From Candidatus Krumholzibacteriota bacterium (GTDB taxonomy: Bacteria; Krumholzibacteriota; Krumholzibacteriia; JAJRXK01): a stretch of DNA of 64,000 bases. The stretch is from contig CAVSGG010000010.1 in assembly GCA_963727455.1 (NCBI GenBank), positions 99,330-163,329 of the forward strand. The letters run 5' to 3'. This document shows positions 1 through 9,413 of the stretch, piece after piece. The notes below the pieces were generated by a model. The model worked only from the letters and a program-made list of their open reading frames with translations. It had not been told where the DNA came from and did no database searches. A program made the translations under genes and the position numbers. The first letter of the stretch is position 1. Each line of letters starts with the position of its first letter.

Positions 1-358
1 CATGCAGTTGAGCGAGGCTGACAGCTTCCCGGTGCGCGTGGCGCTGCGCCCCATCGGCGTGGAGGAGGCTCGCGTGCAGACCACGACCTTGGATACCCTG
101 GGCAGCGCGAAATCCCAGATTACTCCGGGCGAGTATCGCATCTCCGCCTGGATGGATCTGGATAACGACAACCACTTCGGCCCCGCGGAGGGGGGATTGA
201 GCGAGCCCTTCACCGGCGAGACGAAGCTCGATATCGAGCCGGCGCATCCCGATAGTCTGAGCTTGCCGCGCCCGAGCGAGAGTTTGCCGTGGGCAGAGCT
301 GGACACGATGCGTACACCCCCCTTGCCCCGTTCGCTCTTCTTGGAGAACGCCCCGTGA
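1..358 (+). CDS. Partial CDS (3' end); hypothetical protein, possibly Ig-like-domain envelope protein
   Basis: Open frame from the window edge; GEYRISAWMDLDNDNHFG (DxDxD-type motif); TGA overlaps the GTG of dapF (GTGA). Confidence 0.5.
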   Translation, partial: MQLSEADSFPVRVALRPIGVEEARVQTTTLDTLGSAKSQITPGEYRISAWMDLDNDNHFGPAEGGLSEPFTGETKLDIEPAHPDSLSLPRPSESLPWAELDTMRTPPLPRSLFLENAP

Positions 359-1203
359 GAGGAGCTCCCTTGGAACTACCCTTCGCGAAAATGCACGGAG
401 CCGCCAACGACTTCGTCATTCTTCAGGAAGCGCCACCTGCCACGCCACGAGATGCAGCTCTGGTGCGCGCGCTGTGTCACCGGCGGCTGGGAATCGGAGC
501 GGACGGCGCTCTGTTCATGGAACGCTTGCAACAAGCTGAACCGGGGCAGCCGGTCTTCCGCATGTACTTCTACAACATGGACGGAAGCTATTGCGAAATG
601 TGCTTTAACGGAGCGCGCTGTTGCGCACTTAGAGCCTGGCATTTGGGCTGGTGCGGAGAATCGTTTTCTTTCCTCAGCGAGTACGGATTCATCGAAGCGG
701 AGATTCTGCAGAAGGGCGCGCGAGTGCGGCTGACATTTCCGGCTCCGCGTTGCGAGAGTGGTCGATTGAAACTTCCCGAAAGCGCAGTAGCGCCTTACGG
801 ACATCGCGTGAGCACCGGCGATCCGCACCTGGTGGTGGAGGTGGAGTCGGAGCTTCTCGAATCCCCCGAGTTCGAAAACATGGCCCGTCCCCTGCGCTGG
901 TGGACGGAGGTCTTTCCCGAGGGCACCAACGTGCACTTCGTGCATCGCGGAGAAAATGCCTGGTGGATACGCTCTTTCGAACGCGGGGTCGAGGGGGAGA
1001 CCTGGGCCTGTGGCAGTGGCTGCATTGCCAGCGTGGCCGCTCTGGCCGGGGTGGATCCGCTCGAGGAAGCCTTGCTACTCATCACCCGCGGGGGAGACGA
1101 GATCAGGGTGCAACCTAAGGCGGGCCGGTGGACACTGGAGGGTCCGGCCGTGGAGGTCTTCAGCGCGAGCTTTCCGTGGGACGGGGTCTTCGATCCCGCT
1201 TGA
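355..1203 (+). CDS. dapF: Diaminopimelate epimerase
   Basis: FAKMHGAANDF, GIGADG, YNMDGS.EMCFNG, FPEGTNV, FERGVEGETWACGSG; GTG at 355 coupled to the upstream stop. Confidence 0.9.
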   Translation: MRGAPLELPFAKMHGAANDFVILQEAPPATPRDAALVRALCHRRLGIGADGALFMERLQQAEPGQPVFRMYFYNMDGSYCEMCFNGARCCALRAWHLGWCGESFSFLSEYGFIEAEILQKGARVRLTFPAPRCESGRLKLPESAVAPYGHRVSTGDPHLVVEVESELLESPEFENMARPLRWWTEVFPEGTNVHFVHRGENAWWIRSFERGVEGETWACGSGCIASVAALAGVDPLEEALLLITRGGDEIRVQPKAGRWTLEGPAVEVFSASFPWDGVFDPA

Positions 1204-1279
1204 GACAGGAGAGGCCCAAACGCGAAACGCCAGCGCGAAGCTGGCGTTCTGCGATGGAAAACCGTGGGAGCGGAACCGC

Positions 1280-1543
1280 TCAGGACTCGGCGCGGGGCGC
1301 TAGGCGGCTCTTGAGCCGGGCGGCCTTATTCTTGTGGAGGAAGCCCTTGTTTGCCATCTTGTCCAGCAGGCCGCTGACCTTCTGGTATTCGAGCATTAGC
1401 TCTTCCTTGGCGGCACCTTCCATGCGGGAGTGCTGACGGAGATCGCGGATCGCGTGGCGCAGACGACTGCCGCGCGCCATGTTGCGCTGGCGGCGAATCT
1501 CATTGGTCTTGACACGCTTCTTCGTGGACTTGTTGTGCGGCAC
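1280..1543 (-). CDS. rpsT: 30S ribosomal protein S20
   Basis: (M)PHNKSTKKRVKTNEIRRQRN...LDKMANKGFLHKNKAARLKSRL; GTG start at 1543. Confidence 0.93.
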   Translation of the reverse strand: MPHNKSTKKRVKTNEIRRQRNMARGSRLRHAIRDLRQHSRMEGAAKEELMLEYQKVSGLLDKMANKGFLHKNKAARLKSRLAPRAES

Positions 1544-1630
1544 CGCGGACCATCCTTGACTTTGAACTCGCGCTGAGAGACGAATTCGAACGATGTATGA
1601 GGGAACTCTCTCTGAAGAGAGTGGGGCGAA

Positions 1631-1659
1631 ACGATAGCCAAAGGGCTCGGGCGTGTCAA
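1631..1659 (-). promoter_or_regulatory. Sigma-70-type promoter of rpsT
   Basis: Minus strand TTGACA-17 nt-TATCGT. Confidence 0.6.
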
Positions 1660-1705
1660 GCTGACCGGTTTGTCCCGGTCGGCGACGCAGCCCGGGCGGC
1701 CTGCC

Positions 1706-3532
1706 ATGGATCCTGAACACCCGCTATTCAAGAAACTCGAGGGCCTGCCGGAGTCTCCCGGAGTGTACCTCATGAAGGACGAGCACGGGCGCGTCCTCTA
1801 CGTGGGCAAGGCGGCGCGGCTGGCGGTCCGCGTGCGCTCGTATTTCGCGCCGGAGAACAGTCTGGATCAAAAGACGGCCGCCCTGGTGCGCAAGATCGCG
1901 GACTTCGACTACGTGGTCACTGCCAACGAGCGCGAAGCCCTCCTGCTGGAAGATCAGCTCATCAAGGAATTCAAGCCGCGCTACAACATCCGGCTCAAGG
2001 ATGACAAACGTTACCCTTGGTTGCGGCTCAGCGTGGGCGAGCCCTTTCCCCGGCTCAGCGTGGTGCGCAAACCCAAAGAGGATGGTCAGGAGTACTACGG
2101 TCCCTACACCAACGCGAAGGCCATGCGGCAGACCCTGAAGACCATCGGACAGGTCTTCCGGATCCGAACCTGCCAGCTTCGCTTGCCCGAGGAGACCGTG
2201 CCCAGGCCCTGCCTCGACTACCACATCAAGCGCTGCGACGCGCCCTGCGTGAACTACATCGACCGCGAGTCCTATGGTCTGCTCGTAGAGCAGGTCCGTC
2301 TCTTCTTGTCGGGCCAAAGTCGCGGTCTACTCGACGCGCTTCAAACGCGGATGGACGCGGCCAGCAAGGCCCTGCGTTTCGAGGAGGCAGCGCGGCTGCG
2401 CGATCAGCTGGAAGCGGTGCGGCGACTGGACTCCAAGCAGGAGGTGGTGTGGGATCCCGGACGAGACGTCGACGCTTTCGGGTTGGACCGGGAAGGCAGG
2501 CAGGCCTGCGGCGTGGTGCTGCGCGTGCGCGACGGCAAACTTCTGCACTCGGAGGCCTACTTCTTCTCCTCAACGCGTGTGAGTGAAGTGGACGAGTTCT
2601 TTCAGCGCTTCACTTCCTCGGTCTTCAGCTCGCAACGTAACGGCGGGCGTGAGGTGATGCTGATGCGCGAGATCCCCCAGATGGATCACTGGGAGGAAGT
2701 GTTGGGAGAACGCCTGGGGCGGAGGGTACACATCCGGGTGGCCCACCGCGGCAAGGCCAAGGGTCTGGTGGACATGGCTTGCTCCAATGCGCGCTGGAAG
2801 CTGCGCGAGCGTCTGGGCTCGAGCGCTCCTTCGCGGAAGGAAGTGCCCTCCGTGCTCGACCTGAAGGAGCGACTCTCCTTAGCGGTGGCCCCCTGGAGTA
2901 TCGAGTGTTTCGACATGAGTCACATTCAGGGGAGTCAGCGTGTCGGCTCTCTGGTGTACTTCCAGGCCGGTGAGCCGCTCAAGAGCCGCTACCGCCGTTT
3001 CCGCATCCAACAGGCCGAGGGCATCGACGATTTCGGGATGATGCAAGAAGTACTCGAACGCTACTACAGCCGCCTTCGGGACGAGGACAAACTTCCGGCC
3101 GATCTCGTCGTGGTCGACGGCGGGGCGGGGCAGCTCTCGGTCGCCGTGTCCACCCTCAGCCGATACGGCTTCGTGGAGACCGCAGTGGCGGGCCTGGCAA
3201 AGAAGCACGAAGAAATCTATCTGCCGAATCGCAGGGATCCGGTGCGCCTACCCAAGAGTTCCTCCGGACTCAAGCTCTTGCAGCGCGCGCGGGACGAGGC
3301 GCATCGTTTCGCGGTGAGCTACCATCGTAATCTGCGCGGAAAGGAACTCAAGAAGAGCCTCTTGGACGAGATACCGGGAATCGGCGCCAAGAAGAAGCGT
3401 GCGCTGTTCTTGCGCTTCGGTTCGGTCGATGCGGTGGCAAGGGCGGCGGCGTCCGATCTGGTGGGAGTGGAGGGAATCGGCAGGGGCGACGCCGAGCGCA
3501 TCCTCGCGTTTTTCAGCCGGAGGAAGAGCTGA
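1706..3532 (+). CDS. uvrC: Excinuclease ABC subunit C
   Basis: GIY-YIG N-terminus (PGVYLMKD...YVGKA), UVR motif, IECFDMSH, VVDGGAGQL, RDEAHRFA, C-terminal HhH. Confidence 0.96.
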   Translation: MDPEHPLFKKLEGLPESPGVYLMKDEHGRVLYVGKAARLAVRVRSYFAPENSLDQKTAALVRKIADFDYVVTANEREALLLEDQLIKEFKPRYNIRLKDDKRYPWLRLSVGEPFPRLSVVRKPKEDGQEYYGPYTNAKAMRQTLKTIGQVFRIRTCQLRLPEETVPRPCLDYHIKRCDAPCVNYIDRESYGLLVEQVRLFLSGQSRGLLDALQTRMDAASKALRFEEAARLRDQLEAVRRLDSKQEVVWDPGRDVDAFGLDREGRQACGVVLRVRDGKLLHSEAYFFSSTRVSEVDEFFQRFTSSVFSSQRNGGREVMLMREIPQMDHWEEVLGERLGRRVHIRVAHRGKAKGLVDMACSNARWKLRERLGSSAPSRKEVPSVLDLKERLSLAVAPWSIECFDMSHIQGSQRVGSLVYFQAGEPLKSRYRRFRIQQAEGIDDFGMMQEVLERYYSRLRDEDKLPADLVVVDGGAGQLSVAVSTLSRYGFVETAVAGLAKKHEEIYLPNRRDPVRLPKSSSGLKLLQRARDEAHRFAVSYHRNLRGKELKKSLLDEIPGIGAKKKRALFLRFGSVDAVARAAASDLVGVEGIGRGDAERILAFFSRRKS

Positions 3533-3534
3533 AG

Positions 3535-4488
3535 ATGGTGAAGCTCATGCAGAGTTCCGCGGAAGGACCCTCGAGTTTCCTCTTGGCGGGCGATGCCTTT
3601 CTCTTGGCACTCGACGTGGAGCAGGGCGCTTCCAACAACACTCTGGAAAGTTACGGACGCGACCTGAGGGAGTACTTGCTCTTCCTGGAGCGCGAGGGCT
3701 TTCGCGAGCCGAACGAGGTCGGACGCGAGACGGTCCTGTCCTATTTGAGTCTGCGGGAAAGGAAGGGACTCAGCGCGCGGAGCCGGACTCGTTTGCTCTC
3801 CACGCTTCGCGGATATCACCGCTACTTGAACGAATCGGGTCTCTCTTTGAGCGACCCGACGGAGAACCTGAGCGGCCCCAAACTCCCGCGCAAACTCCCG
3901 CACACCCTCCGCGTAGAGGAAGTGTTGCGACTGCTCGAAGTGCCCGATCCGTCCACCCCCTTGGGGCTACGCGACCGAGCGATTCTGGAGACCCTCTACG
4001 CCTGTGGACTCAGAGCCAGCGAGTTGTGCGAGTTGCCGCGGCGCGCTCTCGATCTGGAGCAAGCGTTGGTGCGCGTGGTGGGGAAAGGGAAGAAGGAGCG
4101 TCAAGTTCCCCTGGGAGCTCCGGCTCGCACCGCGCTCGCGAAGTACTTGCGCGAGGGCCGTCCGCGACTGGCCAAGAAAGAGCAAACGGAGAGAGTCTTT
4201 CTGAACGCGCGAGGAGGAGCTCTCAGTCGCGTGGGACTGTGGAAGATTCTCAAGAAGCATGCGCGACACGCCGGCCTGGGTGATGGGCTGAGCCCACACG
4301 TTCTCCGCCACTCCTTCGCGACGCACCTCCTCATCGGGGGTGCCGATCTGCGGGTGGTCCAGGAGCTGCTGGGCCACAGCAGTGTCGCGACCACTCAGAT
4401 CTACACCCATTTGGATCGAGATTACGTGAGGGAGCAGCACCTCTTGCACCATCCCCGAGCGCGCCGATCCAAGCCGGAGGAGGCTTGA
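3535..4488 (+). CDS. xerD: Site-specific tyrosine recombinase XerD
   Basis: NTLESYGRDL, RDRAILETLYACGLRASEL, GKGKKERQVP, HVLRHSFATHLL, LGHSSVATTQIYTH, HHPRA end. Confidence 0.9.
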   Translation: MVKLMQSSAEGPSSFLLAGDAFLLALDVEQGASNNTLESYGRDLREYLLFLEREGFREPNEVGRETVLSYLSLRERKGLSARSRTRLLSTLRGYHRYLNESGLSLSDPTENLSGPKLPRKLPHTLRVEEVLRLLEVPDPSTPLGLRDRAILETLYACGLRASELCELPRRALDLEQALVRVVGKGKKERQVPLGAPARTALAKYLREGRPRLAKKEQTERVFLNARGGALSRVGLWKILKKHARHAGLGDGLSPHVLRHSFATHLLIGGADLRVVQELLGHSSVATTQIYTHLDRDYVREQHLLHHPRARRSKPEEA

Positions 4489-4514
4489 CGTGTCCGCGCG
4501 CCCTCTGCTAGCTT
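4485..4514 (+). promoter_or_regulatory. Sigma-70-type promoter upstream of scpA
   Basis: TTGACG-18 nt-TAGCTT with TG extension; the -35 contains the xerD stop codon. Confidence 0.45.
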
Positions 4515-4698
4515 GCGCAAGCCCCACCATCTGTTGCCCAGAAGAGCCTCGGTCCACACGGTGCAGACCGAGACGCAAGGGCGAACACGCGACTTGGAGC
4601 CGTCGATGATCTTTCCTCGCTCAGGCGAGTCAGCCGCCGCATTGAACGGCGAAGAGCCACACACTCGGTGGGAGGGGCAAGAGGGTCCTTCGGGCCCG

Positions 4699-5514
4699 GT
4701 GAGTCGTGGCTACACCATCCAGCTGGATCGTTTCGAGGGCCCCCTCGATCTCTTGCTCTATCTGATCCAGCGAGACGAGATCGACATCTACGACATTCCC
4801 ATCGCGCACATCACCGAGCAGTACCTCGTCTTCATCGAGGATCTGCACTCCCTCGATCTGGAGAACGCCGGGGAATTTCTGGTGATGGCCGCCACCCTCA
4901 TGCGCATCAAGGCCCGCCTGCTCCTTCCGGTACAGAGAATGGAAGAGGAGGAGGACGGAGCCGATCCGCGCGACGAACTGGTGCGCCGACTCCTGGAATA
5001 CAAGAAGTACAAGGAGGCAGCCCATAGCTTCGCCGCGGCGGAGGAGCAGCGGCGCCAGTACTTCTCGCGGCCCATCGAGTATCCCTTCCGCGACCAGATT
5101 CCCCAGGAGCCGCCTGAATTCAGCCTCTCGCTCTTCGACCTCTTGGGCTCGGTGAAGGAGATTCTGGATTCTCTAAAGGGGGACCAACTCCATCACGTCT
5201 ACAACATGGTGTACACCGTGGAGGAGCAGGCGGAGAAGCTCCAGGCCCTGCTGGAGGGAAGCCAGGGCATTCGCTTCCAAGAGGTCTTCGGGGGCGCCTC
5301 CTGCAAGATGGAGATCGTGGTGACCTTCGTGGCCATGCTCGAGCTGATGCGGCAAGGCCAGCTTTGGGCGCGCCAGATCGAAGCTTACGGAGAGATCTGG
5401 ATCTATCCCGCGGAAGTGGACAAGAAGTCCGTGCGCCGAAAGAGGAAAAAGCGCAGCCATAAGGCGGCCACGCCCTCCCACGACGAATTGCAGAAGGTGG
5501 GCCATGCGACGTGA
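4699..5514 (+). CDS. scpA: Segregation and condensation protein A (start uncertain; 4606 is an alternative)
   Basis: FEGPLDLLLYLIQRDEIDIYDIPI, DPRDELVRRLLEY, IVVTFVAMLEL. Confidence 0.9.
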   Translation: MSRGYTIQLDRFEGPLDLLLYLIQRDEIDIYDIPIAHITEQYLVFIEDLHSLDLENAGEFLVMAATLMRIKARLLLPVQRMEEEEDGADPRDELVRRLLEYKKYKEAAHSFAAAEEQRRQYFSRPIEYPFRDQIPQEPPEFSLSLFDLLGSVKEILDSLKGDQLHHVYNMVYTVEEQAEKLQALLEGSQGIRFQEVFGGASCKMEIVVTFVAMLELMRQGQLWARQIEAYGEIWIYPAEVDKKSVRRKRKKRSHKAATPSHDELQKVGHAT

Positions 5515-6208
5515 ACTCGAGGCGCTTCTCTTCGCTACCGATCAACCCCTGAGCGTGGCCCGTCTCGCGGGCTATTTTCCCGGCGTCGAGCGCAACGCTC
5601 TGAAGAACATGATCGAGGAGTTGCGGGCCGAGTACGACCGCGACGAACACGCTTTCACCGTGGTGGAATTCGGAGGCGGCTACAGCATCGCGACGCGTCC
5701 CGAGTTCGCTCCCGTGGTCAAGAAACTCTACCGGGGGCGGAGGAAGCTGCGGCTCTCCAAGGCCGCCCTGGAAGTGCTCTCCATCATCGCCTACAAACAG
5801 CCGGTGACCCGCCTGGAGATCGAGGAGATCCGCGGCATCCAGGCCTCCGGGGTGCTCGGCACTCTCATGGAGCGCGAGCTGGTCGAGATCGTGGGGAGAG
5901 CCGAGGGCCTGGGCAGCCCGCTCCTCTACGGCACCACCTCGACTTTCCTGGAATATTTGGGACTCCGCAGTTTGAAGGAGTTGCCGCGCCTGAGCGAGCT
6001 GGAGGATCTGCTCTCCGAGAGGGAGGAGATCAAGCAACTGGCCGGCCAACTGGGCGAGGAGATCAGCGACGAGGAATTCGAGGCGGTGGTCCATCCGCCG
6101 ATGCCAGAGGAGGGGGAGAAGATGTCCTCGGCCGGCAACGGTGATGAAACCTCCGAGGCTGGTGAAGCGGACGCTTCCTTGAGCAGAAGTGAAGGCGCTG
6201 CGGATTAA
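5504..6208 (+). CDS. scpB: SMC-Scp complex subunit ScpB
   Basis: LEALLFATDQPLS, LSKAALEVLSIIAYKQPVTR.EIEEIRG, LYGTT..FLEYLGL; follows scpA. Confidence 0.94.
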   Translation: MRRELEALLFATDQPLSVARLAGYFPGVERNALKNMIEELRAEYDRDEHAFTVVEFGGGYSIATRPEFAPVVKKLYRGRRKLRLSKAALEVLSIIAYKQPVTRLEIEEIRGIQASGVLGTLMERELVEIVGRAEGLGSPLLYGTTSTFLEYLGLRSLKELPRLSELEDLLSEREEIKQLAGQLGEEISDEEFEAVVHPPMPEEGEKMSSAGNGDETSEAGEADASLSRSEGAAD

Positions 6209-6929
6209 CCGATTTCTCTCCCAAGCGGGTCTGGGCTCGCGGCGCCGGGTCGAAGATCTGATTCGAGCCGGCCGCATCCGTGTGAACGGAGAGCAAGTCC
6301 AAGATCTTTCGACCCGAGTGGACCCCGTACGCGACGAGGTGGAACTGGACGGCCAGCGCGTCGTACCGCACCGCGCAGGCGCGGTGTTCGCCTATCACAA
6401 ACCACAAGGTGTGATTTCCTCGATGGCGCGCCAGGGTACGGCGCCGTGCCTCTCGGATGTTCTGCCCGAAGATCTTCTGAACGGTCGCTTTTTCCATTTG
6501 GGCCGTCTCGATCGGGACTCCTGTGGTCTCCTGCTGCTGAGCGATGACGGGGAGCTGGGCAACGCGCTCATGCATCCTTCGCATCCGGTGTGGAAGCGCT
6601 ACCTGATTCAGCTCGATACATCGCTCACGACGGAGGAACTGCGCCGATTTGCCGGCGGCGGCTTGGTGATCGATGGGCGTCCCACACTGCCGGCCCGGAT
6701 TCAGGCCGTAGTCCTTCCCGGAGAGCACAGATACCGCGTGGAGTTACGGGAGGGCCGCAAACGGCAAATCCGCAGAATGTGCGCGCAGCTGGGACACGAG
6801 GTCCTCGAACTCATCCGTGAGGCGGTCGGCCCCATCGAATTGGGAGATCTCGCCGCGGGCGAGCTTCGGCAGCTCTCGGACGCCGAGATTGAGGCGCTTC
6901 GCGAGGCCGCGGGACTTTCGCCACGTTGA
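6189..6929 (+). CDS. rluB: rRNA pseudouridine synthase (RluB/RsuA family)
   Basis: S4 domain (RINRFLSQAGLGSRR), catalytic GRLDRDS.GLLLL, EGRKRQIRRM. Confidence 0.85.
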   Translation: MKALRINRFLSQAGLGSRRRVEDLIRAGRIRVNGEQVQDLSTRVDPVRDEVELDGQRVVPHRAGAVFAYHKPQGVISSMARQGTAPCLSDVLPEDLLNGRFFHLGRLDRDSCGLLLLSDDGELGNALMHPSHPVWKRYLIQLDTSLTTEELRRFAGGGLVIDGRPTLPARIQAVVLPGEHRYRVELREGRKRQIRRMCAQLGHEVLELIREAVGPIELGDLAAGELRQLSDAEIEALREAAGLSPR

Positions 6930-6954
6930 CCGGGGGTGGGGCGCCGTCTAGTTT
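6926..6954 (+). promoter_or_regulatory. Sigma-70-type promoter upstream of hisC
   Basis: TTGACC-17 nt-TAGTTT; the -35 contains the rluB stop codon. Confidence 0.5.
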
Positions 6955-6987
6955 TGCTGAGGCGTCATTTTCCCCGAGGTGCGAACC

Positions 6988-8106
6988 ATGAGTGCAATCT
7001 CCGAGCGAGTCCGTGTGGAGGTCAGAAACCTCACGCCGTATCAGCCCGGCCGGCCAATCGAGACCGTCCGGCGCGAACTGGGCATCCCCCGGATCGTGAA
7101 GCTGGCCAGCAACGAGTATCCCGACGGGCCTTTCCCCGAAGTCATCGAGGCCGTGAAAAGCGAAGTCGGGAATTTGAACCGCTACCCCGATCCGGGTTGC
7201 TTCGAAGTGGCGGAAGCGGTTTCCAAATTCTACGGCCTGAAGCAGAGCGAGGTATTCTTCGGCAACGGGAACAACGAAATTCTGGAATTGCTCATCCATC
7301 TTCTCGTCGAGCCGGGCAACGAAGTTCTCTATGCCAAGCCCAGCTTCCCCATCTACGGACTCATCGCCAAGACGCACTTCGAGGTGGGGCGCGAGATACC
7401 CTTGGATTCCAACTGGGTTCACGACCTCGACGCGATGGCCGATGCGATCCATGAGAAGACCCGCCTGATCTTCCTCTGCAATCCCAACAATCCAACCGCC
7501 AGCTATCTCACGCACGACCAGCTTGCCGAGTTCTTGAAGCGCGTGCCCGCCGAGGTCGTCGTGGCGATGGATGAACCCTATCTGGAGTTCGTGAGCGCGA
7601 AAGATTTTCCCGATTGGAAAAGTCTCTGGAAAGACTATCCCAATCTCGTCGCGCTGCGCTCGTTCTCCAAGGGCTACTCCCTGGCCGGACTGCGGATTGG
7701 CTATCTCTTGGGAAGCGAGGAGATCGTGGGCATGCTCCATCGCGTTCGGCAGCCCTTCAACGTCAATCGACTCGCGCAAAAGGCCGCGGCAGTCGCGATC
7801 AACTGTCGCGATCGAGTCGAGGAAAGGCGGAGGCAGAACCAGCGGCGGATGCGCAGGCTGCGCGAGGGAATGGAGGCGCTCGGAGTAGAGGTTTTGCCCT
7901 CGCAGACCAATTTCTATTTGGCAATCGTTCCCCAGCACATCCCCGAGCTCTTCGAGAGACTCTTGCATCAAGGAGTCATCGTTCGACCCATGGAGCCTTT
8001 CGGGATGCCGGCGAGGTCCTTTCGCGTCAACACGGGGACCGAGGACGAGAACGAGTTCTATCTGGAGGCACTGGCCAAGGTGCTTCGGGGGGAGGATCGC
8101 TCCTGA
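6988..8106 (+). CDS. hisC: Histidinol-phosphate/aromatic aminotransferase
   Basis: YQPGRPI, KLASNE, NRYPD, CNPNNPT, RSFSKGYSLAGLRIGY (PLP lysine), PFNVN. Confidence 0.9.
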   Translation: MSAISERVRVEVRNLTPYQPGRPIETVRRELGIPRIVKLASNEYPDGPFPEVIEAVKSEVGNLNRYPDPGCFEVAEAVSKFYGLKQSEVFFGNGNNEILELLIHLLVEPGNEVLYAKPSFPIYGLIAKTHFEVGREIPLDSNWVHDLDAMADAIHEKTRLIFLCNPNNPTASYLTHDQLAEFLKRVPAEVVVAMDEPYLEFVSAKDFPDWKSLWKDYPNLVALRSFSKGYSLAGLRIGYLLGSEEIVGMLHRVRQPFNVNRLAQKAAAVAINCRDRVEERRRQNQRRMRRLREGMEALGVEVLPSQTNFYLAIVPQHIPELFERLLHQGVIVRPMEPFGMPARSFRVNTGTEDENEFYLEALAKVLRGEDRS

Positions 8107-9413
8107 GCACCGAACTGATCGCGCGTCCCAACGGACCGCTGCGCGGGAGCGTCGCGCCTCCCGGGGACAAGTCCATCAGCCATCGTGCTTTCCTCTTGAA
8201 CTGCCTGGGCACAGGAAGCGCGCAGCTGAAGGGATCGAACGAGGGTCGGGATCTGCAATCCACGCGCTCGGTTCTGCGACAGCTCGGTGTCGTGATCCGT
8301 AGGCGCGGCGAGGGCTATGCCGTTCAGGGCCGCGCGGGAGCTCTACGCCCGGCCAGCGATGCTCTCGACTGCGGCAACTCCGGCACGACCATGCGCCTGC
8401 TCGCGGGCATTCTCGCCGCGCAACCCTTCACCAGCACTCTGACCGGCGATGAGAGTCTGAGGCGCCGGCCCATGGCTCGGATCGCGGAGCCCCTGCGCCA
8501 AATGGGAGCCCGAGTCGAGGGTGAGAGCGGGGGCCGCACTCCACCTCTGATCGTGAGCGGCTGCCAGCTGCGTCCCAACCGCTTCCGCTTGCCGGTGGCA
8601 TCGGCGCAAGTGAAGAGCTGTCTGCTCTTGGCCGCGGCAGCCAGCAGAGTCGAGGTGGAGATCGAGGAAGTTTCCCCCACGCGCGATCACACCGAGAAGA
8701 TGCTGGCGGCCATGGGAGCAAGGATCGATTGCGAGGGAACGCGCGTGCACCTGCGCGAGAGCGCCGAGCTTCGGTGCGTGGACGTGTCGGTGCCGAAAGA
8801 TCCTTCCGCTGCCGCTCTGATTCTCGCGGCGGCGGCGCCCATTCCCAAGAGCCGGGTCACGATCCAGGGGATCTCCCTCAATCCACGCCGCAGCGCCTTC
8901 CTCGAGGTGTACGAGCGGATGGGAATCGTCATTCAACGCTCCAACGAAGAAACCAGGGCCGGCGAAGAGCGCGGAGACCTGCTCCTGGAATCCCCTCCGC
9001 TGCTGCGTCCCGTCCAGCTGAGAGCGGAGGAGGTGCCGGGTCTCATCGACGAAATTCCTGCTCTGGCCGTGTTGTGCGCGTTCGCGCCGGGAGAGAGCCG
9101 CCTGGAGGGATTGGGTGAGTTGCGGGTGAAGGAATCGGATCGGCTCGGCGCCATCGCGCGCCTCTTGCAGGACTTCTCGGTAGAAGCCTTCGTCCAGCGC
9201 GACACGCTCGTGATCACAGGGGGAGAGGTGCTCGCTCCCAATCGCTATCGGCCGGTGCGCGATCATCGTATGGTGATGGCAGCGGCGGCCCTGGCGGTGG
9301 GCGCCTTGAGCCGGGCGGAGAGGGGACAGTGCGAACTGATGGAAAGCGATGAGGTCGCGGTGAGTGATCCCGAGTTCTTCACCTCCCTCAGAAAGTTGAG
9401 CGGCGCAAGCTGA
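8103..9413 (+). CDS. aroA: 3-phosphoshikimate 1-carboxyvinyltransferase (apparent CTG start)
   Basis: PGDKSISHR, DCGNSGTTMRL, ASAQVKS, RDHTEKML, ELRVKESDR, DHRMVM; GGAGG 7 nt before the CTG at 8103. Confidence 0.92.
   Translation: MSTELIARPNGPLRGSVAPPGDKSISHRAFLLNCLGTGSAQLKGSNEGRDLQSTRSVLRQLGVVIRRRGEGYAVQGRAGALRPASDALDCGNSGTTMRLLAGILAAQPFTSTLTGDESLRRRPMARIAEPLRQMGARVEGESGGRTPPLIVSGCQLRPNRFRLPVASAQVKSCLLLAAAASRVEVEIEEVSPTRDHTEKMLAAMGARIDCEGTRVHLRESAELRCVDVSVPKDPSAAALILAAAAPIPKSRVTIQGISLNPRRSAFLEVYERMGIVIQRSNEETRAGEERGDLLLESPPLLRPVQLRAEEVPGLIDEIPALAVLCAFAPGESRLEGLGELRVKESDRLGAIARLLQDFSVEAFVQRDTLVITGGEVLAPNRYRPVRDHRMVMAAAALAVGALSRAERGQCELMESDEVAVSDPEFFTSLRKLSGAS

Noticed and set aside
3535-4488. 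Tyrosine recombinase as a phage or ICE integrase
   Set aside because: XerD-type motifs, housekeeping context (uvrC, scpAB) and a cognate dif site in the window.
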